Under the pieces are notes generated by a model that worked only from the letters and a program-made list of their open reading frames with translations, had not been told where the DNA came from and ran no database searches. A stretch of 63,023 nt of DNA, counting the filler. It is 3 parts of 3 records of this genome, joined end to end, with 100 filler letters (N's around TTAATTAATTAA, not from the genome) between each part and the next. Parts side by side here need not be neighbours in the genome. Positions count along the whole stretch, not along the records: positions 20,827 to 52,248 come from SRR20825019_245; 2 more parts are not named here. One strand, written 5' to 3'. The position numbers and the translations under genes are program-made. This document shows positions 29,967-38,978 of this stretch, piece after piece; the first letter of the stretch is position 1, and the number at the start of each line of letters is the position of its first letter.

Positions 29967-30755
29967 ATCAACCTTAACAGCCGTCCTCACGTTCTGATTA
30001 TTTCTGGCCTGGATCCCTCCGGCGGCGCCGGCATCCAGGCTGATATTCAGGCAGTGACCGCCCTGGGCTGTCACCCGCTGCCTGTGTTGTCCTGCCTGAC
30101 CGTGCAAGACACCCGGAACGTCTACAACGCCACCGCAACGGATCCGGACATCGTCCGCCAACAACTGGAATGCCTGGCCGGGGACACCCCCATTCATGCC
30201 ATCAAAACCGGAGCCCTCGGCAACGCCGATGTGGTGGATGTACTGGTGGATTTTCTCGCCAACCACCCGGACATCCCTCTGATTACCGATCCGGTGATCA
30301 AGGCCGCCGGTGGCGGCGACCTCGCCGACGAAGCGCTGATTGCACGCATGAAGGAACGCCTGTTCCGACACGCAGAGATGATTACGCCCAACAGCATTGA
30401 ATTGGCCCTGCTGGGCGAGAACGAAGATCCGGCGCAAGCGGCCCGCAAGCTGCTAAACGCTGGTTGCCAGTCCGTACTGGCCACGGGGGGGCATGGCGAA
30501 GGCGAGGACATCATCAACACTCTCTACCACCAGTCTGAAGAACCGTCCCATTTTTACGTTGAGCGGGTTGGTGGTGAGTATCACGGCACCGGGTGCACCC
30601 TGGCGGCCTCGATCGCCGCTGGCAGGGCATCAGGCCTCTCAGCCGGGGCAGCGATTGACCAGGCGCAGGACTATGTCCTCCGTGCGATCCGGCACGCACT
30701 GCGAGTCGGCAAAGGGCAACCGGTACCCGACCGGGGCATTCCATGGCAGAGCTAA
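29967..30755 (+). CDS. thiD: Hydroxymethylpyrimidine/phosphomethylpyrimidine kinase; probable non-AUG (ATC) start
   Basis: In-frame extension 29967-30053 encodes (I/M)NLNSRPHVLIISGLDPSGGAGIQADIQA, the conserved ThiD N-terminus; also TPN and HGTGCTLA. Confidence 0.88.
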   Translation: MNLNSRPHVLIISGLDPSGGAGIQADIQAVTALGCHPLPVLSCLTVQDTRNVYNATATDPDIVRQQLECLAGDTPIHAIKTGALGNADVVDVLVDFLANHPDIPLITDPVIKAAGGGDLADEALIARMKERLFRHAEMITPNSIELALLGENEDPAQAARKLLNAGCQSVLATGGHGEGEDIINTLYHQSEEPSHFYVERVGGEYHGTGCTLAASIAAGRASGLSAGAAIDQAQDYVLRAIRHALRVGKGQPVPDRGIPWQS

Positions 30756-31456
30756 CGCCTTCCGGCACTTTCAGTGCCCAGGCCATCGCCAAGGGCCTGA
30801 AGCCAGGCCTCTACGCCATTACCGACAGCCAACTGTTACCGGAAGACCGACTGCTGGTCGCGGTTGAGGCGGCCCTTCGAGGCGGGGCCGTGTTGGTACA
30901 GTACCGTGAAAAAAAGGCGCCGGAGCCAGAACGGCTGAAACAGGCGCAGGACCTGGCGGCCCTTTGCCACAATGCCCGCGTGCCGCTGATCATCAACGAT
31001 GATCCCGAACTGGCCCGTCGCTGCGGAGCCGCCGGTGTGCACTTGGGTCAGTCCGATGGCTCCCTGGCCCTGGCCAGACGGCAGCTTGGTGACCATGCCA
31101 TCGTCGGTGCAACCTGCCATGCCGACCTGGCACTGGGGTCCCGGGCGGATGCGGACGGCGCCGACTACCTGGCCTTCGGCCGCTTCTTTAACTCAACCAC
31201 CAAGCCTGACGCACCCGTTGCCGAGCCTTCAGTTCTGACCAAGTCACGGCAGTTTGGCAAACCCGTAACCGCCATTGGGGGCATTACTATAGATAACGGC
31301 GAAGGCCTGATCCGCGCCGGCGCCGACCTGCTGGCCGTGGTCGGCGGCCTGTTCGATGGTGACGTTGCCACCGTTGAAGAGCGCGCACGCCGATTTAGCC
31401 AGCTGTTTGCGCAACATCACCCACTTTTTTCATCGTCCGTATCTCAGGAGTCCTGA
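30743..31456 (+). CDS. thiE: Thiamine-phosphate synthase
   Basis: GLYAITD, QYREK, IINDD, GVHLGQSD, STTKPDA, AIGGI. Confidence 0.94.
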   Translation: MAELTPSGTFSAQAIAKGLKPGLYAITDSQLLPEDRLLVAVEAALRGGAVLVQYREKKAPEPERLKQAQDLAALCHNARVPLIINDDPELARRCGAAGVHLGQSDGSLALARRQLGDHAIVGATCHADLALGSRADADGADYLAFGRFFNSTTKPDAPVAEPSVLTKSRQFGKPVTAIGGITIDNGEGLIRAGADLLAVVGGLFDGDVATVEERARRFSQLFAQHHPLFSSSVSQES

Positions 31457-31459
31457 ACC

Positions 31460-32740
31460 ATGACCCAGTCCGAAACCCTATTCGAACAGGCTCAGAAATA
31501 CATCCCTGGAGGCGTCAACTCTCCAGTCCGGGCCTTCCGGGGAGTCGGTGGTACCCCGCTGTTTTTCAAGCACGCCGACGGCGCCTACCTGTACGACGAA
31601 GACGATCGCCGCTACATCGATTACATCGGTTCCTGGGGGCCCATGATCCTTGGCCACGGCAACCAGATCATCAAGGATGCGCTCCATGCCCAGGTCGATC
31701 AGGGCATCGGTTACGGAGCACCGACAGCGATCGAAACCGAAATGGCCAAGAAGGTCTGCGAACTGGTCCCTTCCATTGACCTGGTGCGCATGGTTAATTC
31801 CGGCACCGAGGCCACCATGAGCACGGTTCGACTCGCCCGCGGCTATACCGGCCGAGACAAGATCGTGAAGTTCGAAGGCTGCTATCACGGCCACGTGGAT
31901 TCACTGCTGGTGAAAGCCGGCTCCGGCGCGCTGACCCTGGGTGTCCCCAACTCACCGGGCATTCCCGCCAGCCTCGCGGAACATACGTTGACCCTGGCGT
32001 TCAACGATATTGAAAGTGTTCGGGAAACCTTCGCAAAAATGGGCGATGAAATCGCAGCCATCATCGTTGAGCCAGTGGCGGGCAACATGAACTGCATACC
32101 GCCTGTCCCCGGTTTCCTTGAAGCGTTGCGGGAGGTATGCGACGAGCACGGCACGGTATTGATTTTCGATGAGGTCATGACCGGCTTCCGTGTCTCCCTC
32201 GGTGGCGCTCAGGAACTCTACAGTGTCACACCGGACCTGACCGCCCTGGGCAAAGTGATTGGCGGCGGCCTGCCTGTTGGCGCGTTTGGCGGCAAGCGGG
32301 AGATCATGGAACACATTTCGCCACTGGGGCCGGTCTACCAGGCCGGAACTCTGAGTGGCAACCCGCTGGCCATGTGTGCCGGGCTGGCTACATTGAACGC
32401 CATTTCAGAGCCGGGCTTCCATGACCGGTTGACGGAAAAGACCAATGCCGTGCGCGATGGGTTAAAGGAGGCTGCGGACAGCACCGGAGTCCCATTGGCA
32501 GTGCAAAGTGCTGGCGCCATGTTCGGCTTCTTCTTTACCGACGCCCCCAGGATCACACGCTTCGACCAGGTCATGGCCTGCGACGTAGAGCGGTTCAAAA
32601 AATTCTTCCAGGGGATGCTCAAGGAAGGTGTTTACCTGGCGCCTTCAGCCTTTGAGGCCGGCTTTACCAGCGCAGCCCTGACCGATGACGACATCCGACA
32701 GACAACGGAAGCGGCACGCCGTGTCATGAAAACGCTCTGA
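31460..32740 (+). CDS. hemL: Glutamate-1-semialdehyde 2,1-aminomutase
   Basis: [47 protein letters not shown]. Confidence 0.98.
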   Translation: MTQSETLFEQAQKYIPGGVNSPVRAFRGVGGTPLFFKHADGAYLYDEDDRRYIDYIGSWGPMILGHGNQIIKDALHAQVDQGIGYGAPTAIETEMAKKVCELVPSIDLVRMVNSGTEATMSTVRLARGYTGRDKIVKFEGCYHGHVDSLLVKAGSGALTLGVPNSPGIPASLAEHTLTLAFNDIESVRETFAKMGDEIAAIIVEPVAGNMNCIPPVPGFLEALREVCDEHGTVLIFDEVMTGFRVSLGGAQELYSVTPDLTALGKVIGGGLPVGAFGGKREIMEHISPLGPVYQAGTLSGNPLAMCAGLATLNAISEPGFHDRLTEKTNAVRDGLKEAADSTGVPLAVQSAGAMFGFFFTDAPRITRFDQVMACDVERFKKFFQGMLKEGVYLAPSAFEAGFTSAALTDDDIRQTTEAARRVMKTL

Positions 32741-32755
32741 ACGCGACCGATTGAT

Positions 32756-32809
32756 CCCTGACCCCGAAAGCCTGTCAGCAATAGGGACATGTCTTTCGGG
32801 GCCCCAGGG
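32756..32809. terminator. Long GC-rich hairpin after hemL (terminator or stabiliser; no U-tract)
   Basis: CCCTG-A-CCCCGAAAG...TGTC...GACA..CTTTCGGGG..CAGGG. Confidence 0.5.
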
Positions 32810-33044
32810 GTGACCCGCATCACACTTCTGACCGCCCAAACCGCCCCGGCCCCTCCTGCCGTTGACTTCACTCACCCTATGATCAAATTATGGTCAGATC
32901 TCGGACAAGAGATGCACTGACTGCGACCATCTAACAATCACAAGACAGAAGTCAGCGCATGGACGCCACGCAGTACTGCCTTGGACTGCCCCAAAATGCA
33001 GTAGTCGGCACAACCTGTTAGGTCGAGCCGCAGTTTGACAATAA

Positions 33045-33992
<948 letters not shown>

Positions 33993-34037
33993 ATAGCCCC
34001 GTTCGCCATGGCTGGATACGGATATCCCGCCATGACT

Positions 34038-35351
34038 TCAGAACACGGTCTCAAACCCGAGCATCACTTCCCGACGGCTGTAGTCATAACGTTCAATGGT
34101 ACTGCGGTTGTCCAGCATGCTCCATTCCGCCAGCATCATCCATTCCCCGGCCAGTCGGTATTCCGCCAGCAGCGAACCGCGCAACCGGTTATCCGTGCGC
34201 CGCTCAGAGACCAGAGCCCCGTTCGACACGAATCGTTGGTCCTCCTTGTAGCGGGAGTAACGAACATCGGCCTTGCCGCCCAACGAAAATCGGCCCGACA
34301 CATAGTGACGGACTTCCGCCGACACAAGATTTCGTATGGGAGATACACTGAAGAACTCCTGCTGTGTCGAGAGATCCCTTCGATGGTTATCTTCCAGCTG
34401 ATAATGACCGCTCAGAACCCAACTTCCCAACGCTTTATCGGCGCTGGCGCGGAATCGCAGCATTTCTCCATCGTAGGCGCTGTAATCGCTGCCACCGTCA
34501 ATCGTTGAAACCGAACCACTTACGCTGCATTCAACACCAGAGACCACAGGAGCCAAAACGCACCGATCGGGATGATAGAGCATCTCGACCCGGGCCTCGC
34601 GCTCAAGGGGATCATCGCCAAACCAGGATGCCGACAGGCTCAGGGTTGATGTAAGCTCTCCGTCTCCCAGCTCGTTCGGCAACGACGCACCAGTGCTGAG
34701 ATAAGTGTTATTAAAGGCAGAGTTCCCAGGGTACTGACGAGTGAAAGCAACCCCGTGCAAACTGAGCTCCTTCATTCCGAGTTGAACAGTTCCCGCCGCC
34801 AGCGCATCCGCAAATCCGCCTTCCTTATCACTGGAAACATCATCCGGAGTTCCAGCAATATTGTCGTCGTATCCGCCAGCGACGGCGAGATAGCCACTAC
34901 CATGGCGCTGACCCAATGGAGATTCCGCGGTGACATCAGCCAGCTGGTGACGAGCCAACGTTTGGACTTCTTCAGGTGAATCCTCGCTGGCAGCGCGTTC
35001 GAACCACTGGCGGGCGTCGCCCACCTTACCCATCCTCTGCTTTACCAGACCGAGGTTGTAGTAAGCCAGAGGCGCATGAGGCGTTTCCAGCAATGTCAGG
35101 AATACGGTTTCGGCCGACTCGAGATCGCCGAGACGGAAGTAAACAACGCCGAGATTGTAGAGTAGGGATGGAGAGTTGGTGCCAGCCGCCCGAGCTCGCT
35201 CGAAAAAAATCCGGGCCTCTTCCAGGTTTCCTTGCCGAAAGGCCTCCACACCGGCATCGAAATCCGGCCTATTGGTGACCTCCATGGCCATCGCCGCAGG
35301 AGTCGAGGTCATCAGGGCAATAAACAGAATGGCTGATCGTGGGAACCCCAA
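34038..35351 (-). CDS. TPR plus outer-membrane beta-barrel protein (Slam/DUF560-like architecture)
   Basis: Signal peptide, TPRs (LYNLGVVYFRLG, AYYNLGLVKQRMG), barrel start GGYDDNI, alternating aromatic strands, C-terminal beta-signal LGFETVF. Confidence 0.7.
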   Translation of the reverse strand: MGFPRSAILFIALMTSTPAAMAMEVTNRPDFDAGVEAFRQGNLEEARIFFERARAAGTNSPSLLYNLGVVYFRLGDLESAETVFLTLLETPHAPLAYYNLGLVKQRMGKVGDARQWFERAASEDSPEEVQTLARHQLADVTAESPLGQRHGSGYLAVAGGYDDNIAGTPDDVSSDKEGGFADALAAGTVQLGMKELSLHGVAFTRQYPGNSAFNNTYLSTGASLPNELGDGELTSTLSLSASWFGDDPLEREARVEMLYHPDRCVLAPVVSGVECSVSGSVSTIDGGSDYSAYDGEMLRFRASADKALGSWVLSGHYQLEDNHRRDLSTQQEFFSVSPIRNLVSAEVRHYVSGRFSLGGKADVRYSRYKEDQRFVSNGALVSERRTDNRLRGSLLAEYRLAGEWMMLAEWSMLDNRSTIERYDYSRREVMLGFETVF

Positions 35352-35505
35352 GCTTTACTCCGGAAATACGCTGTGGTGGCGCCCCTCAAAACAGACGCGT
35401 TGAGTGAGGGCACGACAAAAACCGGAGTATAGCAACTGACGAAGTGCTTCGTCGCAGAAGGAAAATTACGATGCCGTATAGTTAGTAAGTAGTTAGCAAG
35501 GGAAG

Positions 35506-35883
35506 CTAGGGCCGGTCGGGACGATTGGAGACATCTGGCAGATCAGGCAACTCAGGCCGCCCCTTTCGCCCATTGTCATTACGGACTTCCCGAGCCCGCT
35601 CAGACGCTGCGTTGGCGGCATCCCGCCCTCTCTCGCGTGCGTCCCGGGCCTTATCCGCGGAATGAACCGACTTATCGATGCCACGATCTTTCGACGGTCG
35701 ACCAAGTGATACCGGTTCACGCAGGTTAATCTCACGCACGACAGATTCCGTAAGGTCTTCGTCGTCTGTAACCATTCTCATGGTCACATCAAGATCATCA
35801 CTGGCAAAAACCGTTGACGGTCCCACCAAAAACAGGCTGAGACCGACGAAACAGACAGCTCTCTGCCAGATTCCCGACATCAT
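35506..35883 (-). CDS. Small exported protein with a charged low-complexity tail
   Basis: Signal peptide (..STVFA-SDD), DLDVTMRMV motif, Arg/Glu/Asp-rich tail; ATGA overlap with the anti-sigma stop. Confidence 0.7.
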   Translation of the reverse strand: MMSGIWQRAVCFVGLSLFLVGPSTVFASDDLDVTMRMVTDDEDLTESVVREINLREPVSLGRPSKDRGIDKSVHSADKARDARERGRDAANAASERAREVRNDNGRKGRPELPDLPDVSNRPDRP

Positions 35884-36620
35884 GACGAGGGCTCCGGACG
35901 TCCATTTATTGATGGGCCGTTGAGACTGGCCCGGAACGTTTTGGTTCTTTGGCCATCGTCAAGATGAGCGACCAGCTCACCCTCACCAGAGAACAGAATG
36001 TTTAATGGCAGGTTTACCACATTTTCGCCTTTATCCAGATCAACTCTCCAGCTCAACCTTTGGTGCCCGGGATAATCAGAAACCTCTACATGAGGCGGCA
36101 ATTCCACTGTCAAAGTAACACCCTGCAGCGCTTCCCTGGAGCGAAACGCAAGCCGAACATTCCGGGCAACCGGCTTCAGTGCCGAGCGTTCATCCGCGCT
36201 TTCATCAACAACGGTTACTCGATGATCGGTTACTGAACCCGTTTTAATCTGCGCCAATTCATCCGCCGGTTCCTGGCCTGAACGCCAGCCAAAACCAAGT
36301 GCAATCCCCAGGACCAGGGCCGCCGCAATGGCACCTCCCACCCACGGGGCACTCCAACCGTAGTCCGTAAGGCTTTTGCGGGACCGGCGCTCCCTTCCGA
36401 TGGCAACATCCAGAACCTGTTTCTCAAAACCCGGCGACGAGGGCGGTATCTCCTGACTTTCACGCATCGCGGTGACGATTGCCAATTCGTTGTGTGCGGC
36501 AACGGAACAGCTCTCACACTCGGCAAGATGCTGCTCAAGGCGGTTAGCCTGAGCAGCCGACAGCTCGGCCTTGGCCCAGGAACCCAGATTGTTTTTGCAC
36601 TCGTCACACATCATTGCCAT
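35880..36620 (-). CDS. Zinc-finger (zf-HC2) transmembrane anti-sigma factor
   Basis: C..C...HLAECESC (HxxxCxxC), single TM, periplasmic beta-rich C-domain; directly after the ECF sigma. Confidence 0.88.
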   Translation of the reverse strand: MAMMCDECKNNLGSWAKAELSAAQANRLEQHLAECESCSVAAHNELAIVTAMRESQEIPPSSPGFEKQVLDVAIGRERRSRKSLTDYGWSAPWVGGAIAAALVLGIALGFGWRSGQEPADELAQIKTGSVTDHRVTVVDESADERSALKPVARNVRLAFRSREALQGVTLTVELPPHVEVSDYPGHQRLSWRVDLDKGENVVNLPLNILFSGEGELVAHLDDGQRTKTFRASLNGPSINGRPEPSS

Positions 36621-36624
36621 CACC

Positions 36625-37212
36625 TCATTCTTTCACACGCTCGGCCTGCGGAAAAAGTTCCGGACGCTCAAGTAACTTTTCCCGCAGGGCGGCCCGACAA
36701 CGATGGACTCTCGACTTCACCGTGCCAACCGGTATTTCAAGCACCTGAGCAATATCTTCCTGGCTCCAGCCATCCACATCGTGCAGCAGCATCAGAGTGC
36801 GCCGATCCGGCGACAGAGTCTGAATAATCTCATCCATAACGGGCTTCAAGCGCTCAGAACTGATCTGCTCACTGAGATCGGGGACATCCGCGGCGTAGGA
36901 GTCTAAAAAGGAGGATTGCTGTTCCGGCTCTGCTACGTCGCTAACAGGCCTGTCGGCGCGACGTCCTTTGCGACGGACCTGATCAATAAAGTGCCGGTAC
37001 AACACGCGATTCAACCATGGCCTCAGTTGCTCCACTGATTCCAGCTCCGAGAGACGGGGATATAGTTTCAAGACCACATCCTGAACCAAATCCTCGGCAT
37101 CCTGTTGCTGCCCAGCCAAACGATACGCAAACCGGTACATAGCCTCCAAATGCGGCTGCACCAGTTTCTCAAATCGCTTGGCCCGGGAAGGGTTAAAGGA
37201 AAGTAAAGCCAA
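36625..37212 (-). CDS. ECF RNA polymerase sigma factor
   Basis: DAEDLVQDV, PWLNRVLYRHFID, SQEDIAQVLEIPVGTVKSRVHRCR; likely TTG start (MALLSF). Confidence 0.93.
   Translation of the reverse strand: MALLSFNPSRAKRFEKLVQPHLEAMYRFAYRLAGQQQDAEDLVQDVVLKLYPRLSELESVEQLRPWLNRVLYRHFIDQVRRKGRRADRPVSDVAEPEQQSSFLDSYAADVPDLSEQISSERLKPVMDEIIQTLSPDRRTLMLLHDVDGWSQEDIAQVLEIPVGTVKSRVHRCRAALREKLLERPELFPQAERVKE
36637..36661 (-). promoter_or_regulatory. Putative ECF promoter embedded in the 3' end of the sigma gene, driving the anti-sigma operon
   Basis: GGAAC-N17-CGTG on the minus strand, ending ~17 nt before the anti-sigma start. Confidence 0.6.
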
Positions 37213-37350
37213 AACCGGTACTCGTCTGATTAATCGCGCAAAAAGAGGACGCAGTTTACAACACAATCCGCATGTAAGTATTGGCCCATGACCAAACCAC
37301 CGATCAAAGTCGCATCAGCCGTCCCATAGGCAAGGGTTAGCAGACACAAT

Positions 37351-37377
37351 GGAACGGCTGACGACATTTCAGCGTTA
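37351..37377 (+). promoter_or_regulatory. Putative ECF promoter for the DUF4382 lipoprotein
   Basis: GGAAC-N17-CGTTA, same geometry as the motif at 36637-36661. Confidence 0.6.
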
Positions 37378-37439
37378 TGCCCTTGTGGCCACCCAACATT
37401 TCTTCAACCGGCCAGTGTCTTTCCCTAAGGAGGTTTGCA

Positions 37440-38348
37440 ATGAATCAGTCTCTGAAATACCTGACAATACTTGGCTTTACCGGAGCGCTGACTGCCTGTG
37501 GCGGTGACAGCGACAGCAGCAGTCTTAGCGGAGGGGAAACAGGCAGCGTAAGCGTCGGACTGACTGATGCACCTGTAGACAGCGCCCAGGAAGTAAACAT
37601 TGAGGTTACCGCGCTGGTACTTCAACCTTCAGACGGCGAACGTCGCAGGTTTGAGCTGGAATTCCCCGCACCGATCAATCTTCTCGACCTGCAGGGAGGT
37701 TCATTTGAAAGCCTCGTCACTGATGAGGAAGTTCCGGCTGGCAACTACAACTGGATGAGAATCGAACTCGGCGACGACAACACCGTCCTTCTTGATGACG
37801 GAAGCTCTCACATCCTTACCACTCCATCGGCAAGAGGCGTACAGACATCAGGGTTTACCGTTCCTGCCGGAGGTGAAGTCAGCTTTACCATCGACTTCGA
37901 TGTTCGCAAGTCACTGGTTAACCCTGTCGGGCAGGACAGCTATCGACTCAAGCCGGTACTCAGGCTTGTCGACAACTCTGAGGTCGGCACTATCGAGGGT
38001 ACGGTAGCTGGCGAACTGATCACTCAGGAATGTGGTGACGCAATGACTCCTGAATTTGCAGGCAATGTCTACGTTCATGAAGGAGCAGATGCCGTGCCTG
38101 ACGACATTGGCAGCGAAAACGAACCGCTGGTTGTTGCTCCGGTCGACGAAAACGGAACCTATACCTACACCGCCGCTTTCATTCCAGCTGGCGAGTACAC
38201 CGTGAGTTATACCTGCGGGGATGACCTGATCGAGAACGATCAAGGAGAACCATCAGACGACGACATCAACTTCAACGGAGCTCAAAATGTCACCGTTGTT
38301 GCTAGCGAGACGTCTACCGCTGATTTTGAACTCCAGACACAGCCGTAG
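37440..38348 (+). CDS. DUF4382 domain lipoprotein
   Basis: TAAGGAGG RBS, lipobox LTAC, Ser/Gly linker, VGLTDAP, INLLDLQ, IDFDVRKS, YRLKPVLRL; very acidic. Confidence 0.88.
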   Translation: MNQSLKYLTILGFTGALTACGGDSDSSSLSGGETGSVSVGLTDAPVDSAQEVNIEVTALVLQPSDGERRRFELEFPAPINLLDLQGGSFESLVTDEEVPAGNYNWMRIELGDDNTVLLDDGSSHILTTPSARGVQTSGFTVPAGGEVSFTIDFDVRKSLVNPVGQDSYRLKPVLRLVDNSEVGTIEGTVAGELITQECGDAMTPEFAGNVYVHEGADAVPDDIGSENEPLVVAPVDENGTYTYTAAFIPAGEYTVSYTCGDDLIENDQGEPSDDDINFNGAQNVTVVASETSTADFELQTQP

Positions 38349-38360
38349 TTCTCGATAGAT

Positions 38361-38388
38361 AGCCGGGCAGTTCAAACACTGCCCGGCT
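38361..38388. terminator. Hairpin between convergent genes
   Basis: AGCCGGGCAGT-TCAAAC-ACTGCCCGGCT perfect stem. Confidence 0.7.
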
Positions 38389-38402
38389 CCAGCTACCGCA
38401 AA

Positions 38403-38978
38403 TCACAAGGCCGACGCACGCGCCTCTGCCTGATCCGCCCCAGCCACATTACCCCTGGCACGCCGGATATCCGCCAGCAGCAACCATCCCGAGCGCTGCA
38501 ATGACGAATTGCTGCCCGCCAAAGACAACCCTTTCAACGTGAACTGCTCCGCCGAACCCAGTTGATCCAGTGCCACGTAGGCTTGTGAGAGCTTGAAGTA
38601 CACCTGCGCCGAGCGTGGGGCGATTCGCTGTGCCCGCTCCAGTTGCGCCACGGCGGCCTGGGTCTCGCCGGACGCCATCAGGCTGTCCGCCCGCTGGATA
38701 AGGCTTCGTGCTGCCGGCGACAGAGCGTCACCCTCATCCTGGTAGCTGGGGGCCGTGCGCTCTGGCTGCCGCACCGGTTGATCAGGCTGCTCGCTTTTAC
38801 GCTCAACCCGCGGTTCGTCACGAGGCTCACCGGTTTGTGGCGGCTGGGGCGCCTCGTCAGGGGATGACCGATCACCGGCTGGCACATAAATGGAGCCACC
38901 GCCCGGGCCAGAGGCGCAACCGGCCACCGTCAGCGACAGGGCCAATAAACCAGCGCATGTAAACGTGTTCGATTTCAT
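38403..38978 (-). CDS. TPR lipoprotein, LpoP-like activator of PBP1B
   Basis: Lipobox VAGC, Pro-rich disordered linker, TPR (LERAQRIAPRS); overlaps the mrcB stop as in Pseudomonas. Confidence 0.8.
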   Translation of the reverse strand: MKSNTFTCAGLLALSLTVAGCASGPGGGSIYVPAGDRSSPDEAPQPPQTGEPRDEPRVERKSEQPDQPVRQPERTAPSYQDEGDALSPAARSLIQRADSLMASGETQAAVAQLERAQRIAPRSAQVYFKLSQAYVALDQLGSAEQFTLKGLSLAGSNSSLQRSGWLLLADIRRARGNVAGADQAEARASAL

